Assembly: GCA_963719315.1 (NCBI GenBank)
Contig: CAVRBU010000002.1
Span: 1,248,001-1,312,000, forward strand
Reading direction: 5' to 3'
Source of the DNA: an uncultured Planctomycetota bacterium
Lineage (GTDB): Bacteria; Planctomycetota; Planctomycetia; Pirellulales; Lacipirellulaceae
Length of the DNA stretch: 64,000 bases
Positions 54,215 through 64,000 of this stretch are shown here, piece by piece; within the stretch, counting starts at the first letter, position 1; each line of letters opens with the position of its first letter. The position numbers and the translations under genes were made by a program. The notes under the pieces were generated by a model. The model ran no database searches. It was not told the origin of the DNA and was given only the letters and a program-made list of their open reading frames with translations.

Positions 54215-55491
54215 TCATGCCTCGGGAAGCCAGCCTTGGCGATATTCGCAAGCCCATAGGCTTTCGGCAGCCGGATTCTTTTGGATATGGCCGTTCGATG
54301 AGTCGATTTCGAGCGATTGGCCGGTGCGGCAGGCGATGTTGCCGAGGTGGGCGAGCAGCGTGCTTTTGTGGCCCTCCTGCACTTCGCAATTGAGTTTGCC
54401 GCCGTTCCGGACGGCCGCCAGGAAGTTGCTCAAATGTTCTTCGCCGGTCAGCTTGCCGTTTTCTTGCTCGACGACTCTGCGTTTCAGATCGTAAATCTTG
54501 TAGCCGCGGTCGTCGAGGCACAGCGTCCCCTGCTCGCCGCGCAGCTCGATGGCAATGCCATTATTCTCTTGGTACGAGGGCGACCAACTGAGGCTTTCCC
54601 ACACCATGGTGCGATCGCCGAAATCCCACGAGACGTTGTACGTATCAGGTGTTTCTTGATCGTCGTCGTACCGTAGTTTCGAGCCGGCCGCGGTGACCTT
54701 GGTCGGGTAATCAACGCCCAGCGCCCAGCGGCAAACGTCGATCGTGTGCACGCCGTTGTTGCCCAGTTCGCCGTTGCCCCAGTGCCAGAAGTTGTGCCAG
54801 TTGTACGGAATGACGTTGTCGCGATACGGCTGCGCAGCGCGGGGCCTTGCCATAGATCGTAATCGAGCCAGGCGGGTGGAGCGGTTTCCTTGCCGCGGCC
54901 GATCGAAGGGCGTTTATTGTTGTAGGTCGAGCGGGCATAGAGAACGCGGCCAATCGCGCCGTCGCGGATACGATCAACGGCCCGTTGATAAAGTGGATTG
55001 CTGCGGCGTTGCAGACCGATTTGCACCGCCCGCTTGGCTTCGCGGCCGGCGGCGATCATGCGTTCGCCCTCAGCGGGTGTGTGCGAGCAAGGCTTTTCGC
55101 AATACACGTGCTTACCGGCGGCGCAACCGAGAATCGTGGCCGGTGCATGCCAGTGATTCGGGGCGGCCACAAACAGCGCGTCCACGGATTTGTCATCGAG
55201 CGCGCGGCGGAAATCCTTGATGCCTTGGGGTGCCGGGCCACCGGCCGAAGTCGACGCGCCAATTCCCTTCTGCATGGCGTGTTCGTCGCAATCGCAGACG
55301 TAACCGATCATGACGCCCGGAAGCGTAACGAGCTCTTTGATCAATTGCGTGCCGCGATTGTTCGTGCCCATGATCGCCAGCACAACCGTGTCGCTGGCAG
55401 CGGCGGCCTGGGAAGTGCGGCGCAACGCCAGCGCCACGGTGGCCGCCGTGGCGCCAGTCAAAAATGTTCTGCGGTTGAGCGCGGTCATCAA
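54215..55491 (-). CDS. Tat-exported Gfo/Idh/MocA oxidoreductase (frameshift at ~54840)
   Basis: NRRTFL, PNHWHA, GKHVYCEKP, Q.G.QRRS, G.GELGNNGVH. Confidence 0.9.
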
Positions 55492-56516
55492 TTCCCTCCC
55501 GTGGATGATGAGGACTTGCCGGCCGACTGCTGCGCGGCGCGATGGATGATTTCGCCGAGCGCGACCGGCTTGCCATCGAGTCGTTTGCTTTCGTCGGCGG
55601 CCTCCATGAAGGCGTAGATTTCAATCGTTTCGTCGCGTCTGACGGGCGGCTGACCAGTCTTGAAGAATTTGCAGATCTCCGAAACGGCCTCGTCGTAGCC
55701 ACCGTTGGTTTTTCCCTGCAACGCGCCCTTCGTTCCGAACACGGTGAACGCGTAGTAGTAGCCCTTCTTCTCGCCACGATAAGATCCGATCCTGCCGTCC
55801 TTCCACTTACCCACGACGACCGTTGACAGAGGCGAGTTGGTGCGACTAACGCTCTCGCAACCCGTACCCATGATCGTGAACAACGGTTCGACACCGTGGA
55901 TGCCGTACCAAAACAAATCGGGGTGATGCTTTTCCGTTGACATCGGACTCGACGTTTCGCAGCCGATCATGTCGCCCATCGATTTGTCTTTGGCGGCCGC
56001 TTGAATCTCTTTGGCAAATCGCAATGAAGAGGAAGTGTAGACGGGCGTGTGCGTTTCGTCGGCAATGCGGAAGATCGTCAGCAGGTCGGCGAGTGAACCG
56101 GCGGCGGGCTTGTCGACGAACACCGGTTTGCCCTTCGCGACGGCGCGGAATTGCTCCAAATGGGGTCGGCCATCGACACTCTCAAGCAAGATGGCGTCGG
56201 TCTCGTTCGACAACTCGTCGAGCGAGTCGACGATCTTGATGCCCTTTTCGCGGAGCTGCTTCACGTAGCCGTCGAGGCGATTTTTGCTATCCGGAATGTC
56301 GGGGCTACCGCCAGGGAATGCGGCGGAAACTTCGACATCGGCAAACGGCCCGGCGGCACTGGGATCGTTCATGAGTTTGGTGAACGCAATCACGTGCGAC
56401 GTGTCGCAGCCAATGATGCCGACGCGAATCACGCCGTCTTTTCCGAAAGAAGGTTTCGGAATCGCAACGAACATCAATAGACCAATTGCAACGAAGCGGA
56501 AGCGGATGTGGCTCAT
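55488..56516 (-). CDS. Gfo/Idh/MocA oxidoreductase
   Basis: RVGIIGCDTSH, VDGRPH, FVDKP, WYGIHGVE. Confidence 0.9.
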   Translation of the reverse strand: MSHIRFRFVAIGLLMFVAIPKPSFGKDGVIRVGIIGCDTSHVIAFTKLMNDPSAAGPFADVEVSAAFPGGSPDIPDSKNRLDGYVKQLREKGIKIVDSLDELSNETDAILLESVDGRPHLEQFRAVAKGKPVFVDKPAAGSLADLLTIFRIADETHTPVYTSSSLRFAKEIQAAAKDKSMGDMIGCETSSPMSTEKHHPDLFWYGIHGVEPLFTIMGTGCESVSRTNSPLSTVVVGKWKDGRIGSYRGEKKGYYYAFTVFGTKGALQGKTNGGYDEAVSEICKFFKTGQPPVRRDETIEIYAFMEAADESKRLDGKPVALGEIIHRAAQQSAGKSSSSTGGN

Positions 56517-56667
56517 AATACGCCCGATCGTGGAGGGAGGCGACGTAAGATGTCGCCCGTGGGGAGGAAACCGCCGATAACTCTTGATAAACGGGCGAGA
56601 CGCAGTTGTCAATTAACGGTGCGCAATGTTTCGATCTTTTCAGGCCGCGGTTCGCTGATTGATTTGC

Positions 56668-56779
56668 TCCACGGATGTCGCGGATGATCGCAGATAGGGA
56701 TCATTAAAATCGATTCCAACGCAATTGAACTCGCTGGCTTGGATTTTCATATCTGCGTCTTATCCGCGACATCTGCGGA
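56668..56779. repeat. Long imperfect inverted repeat (~28-bp arms)
   Basis: tccacggatgtcgcggatgatcgcagat / atctgcgtcttatccgcgacatctgcgga, downstream of sucB. Confidence 0.7.
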
Positions 56780-56805
56780 CAACAAGAATTGCATTGGTAC
56801 GATGA

Positions 56806-58044
56806 TCACACTTCCAGCAGCATCCGCGACGGATCTTCGATCGTCTCTTTCACGCGGCGCAGGAACGTGACGGCCTCGCGGCCATCTACGAGCCGGTGAT
56901 CGTACGTAAGCGCGACATACATCATCGGTCGGATGACAATCTGGCCTTCGCGCGCGATCGGCCGATCTTGGATCGCATGCAGACCGAGAACGCCGCTTTG
57001 GGGTGGGTTAACGATCGGCGTCGACAGCAGCGAACCGAAGACGCCGCCGTTCGAGATCGTGAACGTGCCGCCTTCGAAATCCTTGGGCTCCAGCTTGTTC
57101 TCGGCGGCCCGCTGCGAGAAGTCGTTGATGGCTTGTTCGATCGCGGCGAAACTTAGCCGTTCGGCGCCACGCAACACGGGGACGACCAGGCCCTTGCTGC
57201 TGCTCACTGCCATGCCGATGTTGAAGTAACGACGGTAAATAATATTGTCGTCGCGGATCTCGGCGTTAAGAGCCGGCGTTTGCTTGAGCGCTTCAATCGT
57301 TGCTTTGACGAAGAACGGCATGAAGCCGAGCTTGACGCAGTACTTCGTTTGGAAGGCGTCGCGATACGCGGCCCGCAATTCTTTCACGGCCGTCATGTCG
57401 ATCTCGTTGAACGTCGTCAGCAATGCGGCATTCTGTTGGGCGCTCACCAGCCGGGCGGCGATCCGGCGGCGGATGAGACTCATCGGCACGATTTCTTCAA
57501 GTTCACCGGCGGCCAGCATTTCCACCGGCTGCTTCGATCGGACCGTCTCAACTTTAGGCGGTTCGTCGACTGGCGGCTTTTCGCCTTGCCCTTTCCGCGA
57601 TTCGACAAAGCGGAGCACGTCTTTGCGACGAAGACTGTCCCCCTTGGCATCGACGTCGGACGCCTTCAATCCGTATTCGCGAAGCGCACGGCGGGCGGCT
57701 GGCGTGATCGGCATATCATCGCCTTCCGTACTGCGTATCGCGGCGGCAGCCGGGGCGTCGCTGTTGGCCGGCGCCGCCTCCGGCTGCGCAGCCTTCTTTG
57801 TTTGTTCGCCATTTTCGAGGTAGCCGATGACATCGCCGACGACGACCATTTCACCTTCGCGCTTGAGAATCCGACCGAGCACGCCGGCCGCGGGGGCGGG
57901 CAACTCCATCGAAGCCTTGTCGGTCTCAAGCTCGACGACGTTCTCATCGAGCGCGACGGCGTCCCCTTCGCGCTTGAGCCAGCGCCCGATTTGCACTTCG
58001 TGAACCGACTCGCCGACTTCTGGTATCTTCAGTTCGATGCTCAT
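56806..58044 (-). CDS. sucB: 2-oxoglutarate dehydrogenase E2 (dihydrolipoamide succinyltransferase)
   Basis: Lipoyl motif [30 protein letters not shown]. Confidence 0.95.
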   Translation of the reverse strand: MSIELKIPEVGESVHEVQIGRWLKREGDAVALDENVVELETDKASMELPAPAAGVLGRILKREGEMVVVGDVIGYLENGEQTKKAAQPEAAPANSDAPAAAAIRSTEGDDMPITPAARRALREYGLKASDVDAKGDSLRRKDVLRFVESRKGQGEKPPVDEPPKVETVRSKQPVEMLAAGELEEIVPMSLIRRRIAARLVSAQQNAALLTTFNEIDMTAVKELRAAYRDAFQTKYCVKLGFMPFFVKATIEALKQTPALNAEIRDDNIIYRRYFNIGMAVSSSKGLVVPVLRGAERLSFAAIEQAINDFSQRAAENKLEPKDFEGGTFTISNGGVFGSLLSTPIVNPPQSGVLGLHAIQDRPIAREGQIVIRPMMYVALTYDHRLVDGREAVTFLRRVKETIEDPSRMLLEV

Positions 58045-60850
58045 AGCAGTATTCTGAATGCTCGCGTAATTAGATCGTCGTGTTCTCGATGGTGGGCTGC
58101 GTTCGATCCGGTGGCTGGGCTCGCAGACGGCGTGCGGGCGACGTAGGACAACGGGTAACGGTCGAGTAGCCGGTAGCAATAACGGTTCTTCCAGTAGGCC
58201 CACGCGCCCATGTTTTCCGGCTCTTCCTGGACCCAAATGACCGGCGTTTCCGCCGGGTACGCCTGCAAAGACCGCGACAGCACTTCGTGGCGGAGCGGGT
58301 AGAACTGTTCGACGCGGAGGATCGCCACGTCTTGGCGATTCTGTTTCTCGCGGGCATCGATCAGGTCGTAGTACATCTTGCCGCTGGAAAGCAACACACC
58401 GGAAGTTTCAGTCGGTTCCTCGCGCGCGTCGCCGAGGATGCGACGGAAGCGGCCCGTCGCGAGATCGCTAAGTGGCGAAACTACTTGCGGGTGCCGCAAC
58501 AAACTCTTCGGTGTGAGAATCACGAGCGGCTTGCGCCAGTTGCGTTTCACCTGCCGGCGGAGGCAATGAAAGTATTGTGCCGGCGTCGAGGGCGTGACGA
58601 TTTGGATATTGTCTTCTGCCGCCTCGAACAGGAATCGCTCGAGCCGGGCACTCGAATGCTCAGGGCCTTTGCCTTCGAATGCATGCGGCAACAGCAGCAC
58701 CACGCCGCTCAGGCGCCGCCACTTATCTTCGGCACTGGTGATAAATTGATCGATGATCACTTGGGCCGCATTGACGAAGTCGCCGTATTGGGCCTCCCAC
58801 AGCACTAGCGCTTCTGGGTAGTCGAGCGAGTAGCCGTACTCAAAACCCATCGTCCCGGTTTCGCAGAGGGGGCTGTTGACGACGTCGATCGAAGCTTGGT
58901 TCTTGCCCAAATGGTCGAAAATGTTGTACCGCTTGCCATCGACGACGTCGTGAAGTACGGCATGACGTTGGCTAAATGTGCCGCGCTCTGAATCTTGCCC
59001 CGACAGCCGTACCGGGTGCCCTTCCATGGCCAGCGACGCAAAAGCGAGCGCCTCGGCCGCCGCCCAATCGACAGGTTCTTCCAGCTTGGCCATTCGCTGG
59101 CGGCGTTCGACCGTGCGCTGCAGTTTCTTGTGAAGGTGGAAACCCTCGGGTAGGACGATCAGTTTTTCAAGCAACGATTGCAATTGCTCAACGGGCACGC
59201 CGGTGTCGGGGCCATCGTCGGGCTCGCGGCCGCCGAAGTAACGTTGCCACACGCCGGCGGGCGTTTGCTGTTCGGCGGGCGGTGCTGTCTTGGCCTCGTT
59301 GAACTGCTTTTCCAAATCGGTGCGCTCGGCCTCGGCGATTTGGTCGGCCTCCTCCTCGGTGACTTTGCCGAACTTTAGGAGCTGCCTTAAATAGCTATCG
59401 CGAATGGAGGGCCGATTCTCAATTGCTTGGTAGACGAGCGGTTGAGTAAAGCTCGGTTCGTCCGCTTCGTTGTGGCCCCAGCGACGATAGCTATACATGT
59501 CGATCACGACATCGCGCTGAAACGCAGATCGAAAGTCCATCGCCAACTCGACCACTCGTGCGACCGCCTGGGGATACTCACCGTTGACGTGAAAAATCGG
59601 GACGGGAAGCATCTTCGCCACGTCGCTGCAATAAGTGCTCGAACGGCTTTCGGTAGGCGAAGTGGTGAAGCCCAACTGGTTGTTGAGGATCACGTGCAGC
59701 GTACCGCCGGATGCATACGACTGCAAAAAGCTGAGATTGAGTGATTCCTGCACCACGCCCTCGCCGGCGAAGGCCGCATCGCCATGAACCAACAGCGCCA
59801 TGCCCCCGCGACGGTTTTTATCGCCAATCCGATCTTGCTTGGCGCGGATGCGACCCATCGCGACGGGGTTGACGTACTCGAGATGGCTCGGGTTGAAGCA
59901 GAGCGAAACGTGGAGTTTCGCGCCGTTGGCGGCCACCCAGTCGCCGCTCGCGCCGAGGTGGTACTTCACGTCGCCGCAACCGCGGAACCAATCGGCATAC
60001 GGATCTTCGAACTCGCGAAAAATATCCGCCGGTCGCTTGCCGACGATATTGGCAAGAACATTGAGGCGGCCACGGTGGGCCATCGCCATCACGACCTCGG
60101 CAATTCCGTCTTCGGCCGCCGCTTCGAGCGCCAGATCCAAAAGCGGAATGAGCGTCTCAGCGCCTTCCAGCGAAAAAGTTTGCGCGCCAAGTATTTCTTG
60201 CGGACAAACTCTTCGAAGATCACGGCGTCGGTGAGCCGTGTCAGGATGCGAAGCTGAATCTCGCGCGTCGGCGAGCGATCGGGATCGCTCGTTTCGATGC
60301 GTTGTTGAATCCATTCCCGCATTTTGCGATCGGGAATATGCATGTACTCGAAACCGATGTGGCTACGGTAGGTGGCGTCGAGCCGCTCGATCAAGTCGCG
60401 CAGCGGCATGGGCCTCGAATTGCCGCCTCCGAATGTGGTCATGATCGCGCGATCAAAATCGGCCGGCGCGAGGCCGTAGTGCGCCGGATCGAGCGGTGCG
60501 CAATTGCGCGGAGCAAGGCCGAGTGGATCGAGTTTGGCAGCGCGGTGCCCATGCACGCGATAGCCGACGACGAGCTGATCGACGCGGTGCTGCAATAGCA
60601 GCGCGGATTCATCGCCCCGGCTCGATGCAGGCGGCTGAGTCAGCGGATCAAACACGCTGGCCGGCTGAAACGAAGGACGCAGGCGGACCGTGAGTTTCTC
60701 GCCATTGCCGGCCGTCAGACTGCGAAAGTATTGCTGCCAAACGGCCGGAACGCGCGAGGCGTCCTGCAAATAGTCCTCGAGCAACCCTTCCACATAGTCC
60801 GAGTTGAGGGAATCGAGCTCCAAAAGAGTGTCATCTCCGTTACCGGACAT
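58041..60850 (-). CDS. sucA: 2-oxoglutarate dehydrogenase E1 (frameshift at ~60190)
   Basis: [49 protein letters not shown]. Confidence 0.95.
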
Positions 60851-60873
60851 CGCGTGTGATCCTACTCAAACCT

Positions 60874-60939
60874 GTAGCTGAAGTCGCAAGAGTTCAGAGA
60901 ATTCAAGGACCAGACCGGAATTCTTGCGAATTCCGCTGC
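60874..60939. repeat. REP-like inverted pair (GTAGC.GAA.TCGCAAGA family)
   Basis: gtagctgaagtcgcaagagttc / gaattcttgcgaattccgctgc. Confidence 0.65.
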
Positions 60940-61048
60940 GGCGGGCAGGCTACTTTTATTGTAATTGTAACGATGCGGCCATGGAGCATCACCCGCCCGT
61001 TGCTGCCAAGCGATTCGAGGATGCTGAGAGGGCGATAATATCGACCTG

Positions 61049-61828
61049 CTACGCAAGAAACGGGAAGCTGGCGTCCATCTCGGCGTTCGACAGTTCTACC
61101 AAAAAACTCGCCAGCTCTCGGCTAACGGCGTCGAAAAAGCGGGCGCCCTTCTCGGCGGTGGCCTGGCGAGGATCGCCGGCGCCGGAGTCCTCGGTGTACT
61201 TCTCCCAGGGGCGCGGCGCGCGGGCCCAACCGGCACGCATTCCGCCCAATCGGAACGGGGCTGTGGGTTGAGCGCCGGCCTGTCGCATCTCCACAAGCTC
61301 TGGCCGCAAATGCAAAACGAGGCTCGTCTCCATATCATTGGCGTGGTCGCCGCCGGCCGCAAATAATTCGTTCTGCAGCTCGCGACACATCCCAAACCAA
61401 TTGACCTGCACTAAAAACACTTTCCGCTTGCCGTATAGCTCCTTGAGATGCATATAAAAATCATTGCCGCCGTGGCCGTTGAGAATCACGGCTTTTTCGA
61501 CGCCGCTGTTGTCGAGCGACTCGGTCAGGTCCGACAAGATCTGATTTAACGTGCTCGGATACAAGTTCATCGCGAGCGGATATGTTTGCTGCGAGGTCTG
61601 CACGCCGAACGGTATCGTCGGGAGCGCAACAACCCGTGCGCCTTGCTCGCGCGCCAACGCACACGAGTGATCGGCGATGGCGCTTGCTTCGATGATGTCG
61701 GTACCGTAGGGCAAATGTCCGCCGTGAGGCTCGGTGGCCGCGAAAGGCAGCACCACGACTTTTGGCAAGCTCGCGCGAACTTGCGGCAGCGTTAGATCGG
61801 CCAAATTGTGTTGCTTACGATCGGTCAT
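61049..61828 (-). CDS. Creatininase family protein
   Basis: EPHGGHLPYGTD, NGHGGN, HANDMETS, ATAEKG. Confidence 0.92.
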   Translation of the reverse strand: MTDRKQHNLADLTLPQVRASLPKVVVLPFAATEPHGGHLPYGTDIIEASAIADHSCALAREQGARVVALPTIPFGVQTSQQTYPLAMNLYPSTLNQILSDLTESLDNSGVEKAVILNGHGGNDFYMHLKELYGKRKVFLVQVNWFGMCRELQNELFAAGGDHANDMETSLVLHLRPELVEMRQAGAQPTAPFRLGGMRAGWARAPRPWEKYTEDSGAGDPRQATAEKGARFFDAVSRELASFLVELSNAEMDASFPFLA

Positions 61829-61923
61829 AGAGAACAAAAGACGACATCACCGTTTTTATTCTCGACACCACCGACGCGGCAACTGTCAATTTCAGTGATG
61901 TCCACTTCCCCACTTCCCCCTTC

Positions 61924-62124
61924 TTACTTGAATATTTTTCCTAGGTGATGCAGCACTTGGCTGGCTCCAGACCACACCATTAGCGCAAGCATGACTATCA
62001 AAAATGCGCTCTCCAGATTACTCCGTTCTTCGCTCTTTTGATACACGTACACGATTAAGCCAAGTGCGCAGATAGTGCCGAATATCGCGAATACCAAGGC
62101 CAATACCCAATAGCTGACTGTCAT
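61924..62124 (-). CDS. Small two-TM hypothetical protein
   Basis: 66 aa, AT-richer than neighbours; its ATG overlaps the TGA of an upstream truncated frame. Confidence 0.5.
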   Translation of the reverse strand: MTVSYWVLALVFAIFGTICALGLIVYVYQKSEERSNLESAFLIVMLALMVWSGASQVLHHLGKIFK

Positions 62125-62233
62125 TTGCTCGCCCTCAGCTTGGCAACATCCAGGACCAACCAGTCGGTCAGTGCATCATCCATTGCACCAGGATAATTGC
62201 GGGTGCTGTATACCTCAAGGCGGATAAAAAGGG

Positions 62234-63169
62234 TCAGAACTTGCTCAGTAGAAAACCCAGGTGTTGTCTGAGAATCGAGATGTTGTGAGTGAGTGTTTTG
62301 AGGAGCAGGAGTCGGCAGCGGCGCCAGTGGGTGCGGGCGTTGACGACTTCTCCCGAGAGACGTTTGATCATCGAGTAGACGGTTTCCACCTGCCAACGTT
62401 GTCCATAACGACTTTCGTGCAAATGACGTTTCATCTGCTTTCGATAGCGGCCCACGGGTTCCCCGGCCGGCGGTCGGCCGTGCTCGGCGGGGATCAGGGA
62501 CTGAATCCCCAGTTCGTCGCGGGCCAACACGTGGTTGGCTTCGCTGTCGAAGCCGGCGTCCGCCGCGACCGCCTTCACTCCGGTGCGAGCCTGCGCTTCG
62601 ACGACGAGCGGGCGGAAATCGCCGAAGTCGGGCCGCGGTCCCTGGCTAGCCCGGGCCGCCAGGCAGAAATGACTCGTCGTGTCGCAGACCACGCCCAGCT
62701 TGGGGTAGCGGCGATAGGAGACGGCGCACGTTCGTCCGTGTTTTCCCACCTTTTTTCGACGCCAGGCATAGTAGCGACTGGTGTGCCGCGCTTCGAAGCC
62801 GCTGGTGTCGATGGCTGCCAATCGCACGGAGCGGCGGAGCAGCTTGGCCTTCCGTGCCCGCTGGACCGTGGCCGTGATCAGCCGTTGAAACGACTTCTTC
62901 ACCAACAACCGATCGGCCGACTTTTGCAGCGTCGTGAAGTGGGGCACCTTTTCCAGGCCGATCGCTTCGCACAGCGAATCGCTGTCCGCCAACAGGCCAA
63001 CGGTGCCCCGATAGGTCAGGTTGTAAAAATCCTTGAGCACCAGACAGGCAAACAGTTGATGCTGCGTGAAGACCCGTGGGCTGAACCGATGCGAGTACCG
63101 CGGCAGCGAAGCCTGGGCCACGGCCAGTGCCTCGACCAACACGCGCTTCGGACTCTTGCTCGTCTTCAT
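62234..63169 (-). CDS. DDE transposase
   Basis: AIDTSG, ADAGFDS, YGQRWQVETVYSMIK (Y-2-R-3-E-6-K motif). Confidence 0.93.
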   Translation of the reverse strand: MKTSKSPKRVLVEALAVAQASLPRYSHRFSPRVFTQHQLFACLVLKDFYNLTYRGTVGLLADSDSLCEAIGLEKVPHFTTLQKSADRLLVKKSFQRLITATVQRARKAKLLRRSVRLAAIDTSGFEARHTSRYYAWRRKKVGKHGRTCAVSYRRYPKLGVVCDTTSHFCLAARASQGPRPDFGDFRPLVVEAQARTGVKAVAADAGFDSEANHVLARDELGIQSLIPAEHGRPPAGEPVGRYRKQMKRHLHESRYGQRWQVETVYSMIKRLSGEVVNARTHWRRCRLLLLKTLTHNISILRQHLGFLLSKF

Positions 63170-63233
63170 CCACCGTCATACGAACCAACACACACCGATG
63201 TTTAGCTAGCATTCAGACGTTTTCTACTGAGCA
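62242..63233 (-). mobile_element. Complete 992-bp IS (IS4/IS5-superfamily DDE) with 15-bp inverted repeats and a 9-bp target duplication
   Basis: IRs TGCTCAGTAGAAAAC (62242-62256) and GTTTTCTACTGAGCA (63219-63233); flanking direct repeat GTCAGAACT (62233-62241, 63234-63242). Confidence 0.93.
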
Positions 63234-63234
63234 G

Positions 63235-63933
63235 TCAGAACTGCTTTTTGGTGTCTTTGCGTGGGCGGCCGCGGGGACGGATGACAAGATCGAGGTCGAG
63301 TCGCTTGGCCAGTCGCGTGACCCACGTTCGGTCGCCGTAGGGCAAGCCAGTTTCGGTCGAGCGACGAATGGCGGCCGCCACGCGCTCTTCCAGCGGTAAG
63401 TGAACCTTCTCGGCCCACTTTCGTTGACGCACTGCCGGGTAAGGCGATAGTTCATCGTACGTGACGAGCGGCGAGATCAATTCGAGTGCCTCACCCAGGC
63501 CATGCACGCGATAGCTGCTCCAACGGTAGTCGGCGGCGTTTTTGACGAGGCCCGCCCGCAAGGGGTTCGCCTCGATGTAGCGGAGCACGGTCAGGGCATG
63601 CTCGTCGTTCTGAATGACGGGGCTCTTGAAGCGCCCCTGCCAGACGTGACCGCCCGAGCGGCGATGCTTGTGGTACCGCTGGGTATGCGACACCAGCAGG
63701 CTTTGCACAATCCGGCTGATCGTTGCTCCGGTGGGCCGAATCAACAGATGGAAATGGTTGTTCATCAGGCAGTAGCCGTAAAGCTCGAACGGCTTGCGTT
63801 CCTGGAGATCGGCCAGGGCCTGGAGAAAGGCCTGGAAGTCGGCCTCCTTGCGAAACACGGTTTGGCGGTTGTTGCCGCGATTGATAACGTGATAGATCAA
63901 ACCGTCGGCGATGGGGCGTAGCGGGCGGGGCAT
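63235..63933 (-). CDS. REP-associated tyrosine (Y1/HUH) transposase, RAYT-like
   Basis: YHVINRGNNRQ, LMNNHFHLL (HUH), WQGRFKS, YIEANP, WSSY. Confidence 0.92.
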   Translation of the reverse strand: MPRPLRPIADGLIYHVINRGNNRQTVFRKEADFQAFLQALADLQERKPFELYGYCLMNNHFHLLIRPTGATISRIVQSLLVSHTQRYHKHRRSGGHVWQGRFKSPVIQNDEHALTVLRYIEANPLRAGLVKNAADYRWSSYRVHGLGEALELISPLVTYDELSPYPAVRQRKWAEKVHLPLEERVAAAIRRSTETGLPYGDRTWVTRLAKRLDLDLVIRPRGRPRKDTKKQF

Positions 63934-63975
63934 GCCCAGAACCTACGCTTTCCGACCACCCCTGTCAATTAAATC

Positions 63976-63989
63976 GTTCTGACCCTTTT
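63976..63989. repeat. RAYT-flanking inverted repeat
   Basis: GTTCTGACCCTTTT is the perfect reverse complement of AAAAGGGTCAGAAC (62227-62240). Confidence 0.8.
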
Positions 63990-64000
63990 GTGTGCTTTGT

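Noticed and set aside
58041..60850. sucA pseudogene or programmed frameshift
   Set aside because: All catalytic motifs are intact and the break fits the window-wide indel pattern.
1..64000. Defence systems, retrons, DGRs, rRNA
   Set aside because: No reverse transcriptase, nuclease, restriction-modification or rRNA signatures seen.

Overview
GC-rich bacterial DNA with the gene content of a planctomycete, most likely Pirellulales/Lacipirellula-like. That assignment is inferred from the DUF1559 prepilin, the TIGR02999-type ECF sigma next to a TPR Ser/Thr kinase, the sulfatases, and many PEP-CTERM proteins carrying a 'GDYNxxGxVDAADYVVWR' dockerin-like module. The left ~19 kb is an accessory mosaic: two sulfatases, a PEP-CTERM metalloprotease, a BNR/sialidase-like gene, an SPFH-Arc operon, an ISAzo13 fragment, several orphan PEP-CTERM tails and a decayed tRNA-att-linked phage/satellite remnant. 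The middle holds housekeeping genes, including an APC/KimA-like transporter behind a c-di-AMP (ydaO/yuaA) riboswitch. It is followed by an ECF sigma/kinase pair whose 31-bp promoter-like motif recurs in front of a four-gene PEP-CTERM array. The right end holds Tad pseudopilins, a DUF1559 cluster, oxidoreductases, sucAB and a RAYT whose flanking repeat is interrupted by an IS. The most unusual signal is a family of degenerate non-coding boxes sitting right after PEP-CTERM tails, both intact and orphan, which suggests a recombination-driven system for shuffling surface-protein passengers. About a dozen single-base frameshifts, one of them in sucA, suggest uncorrected read errors. All alignments were made by eye and no database searches were run.
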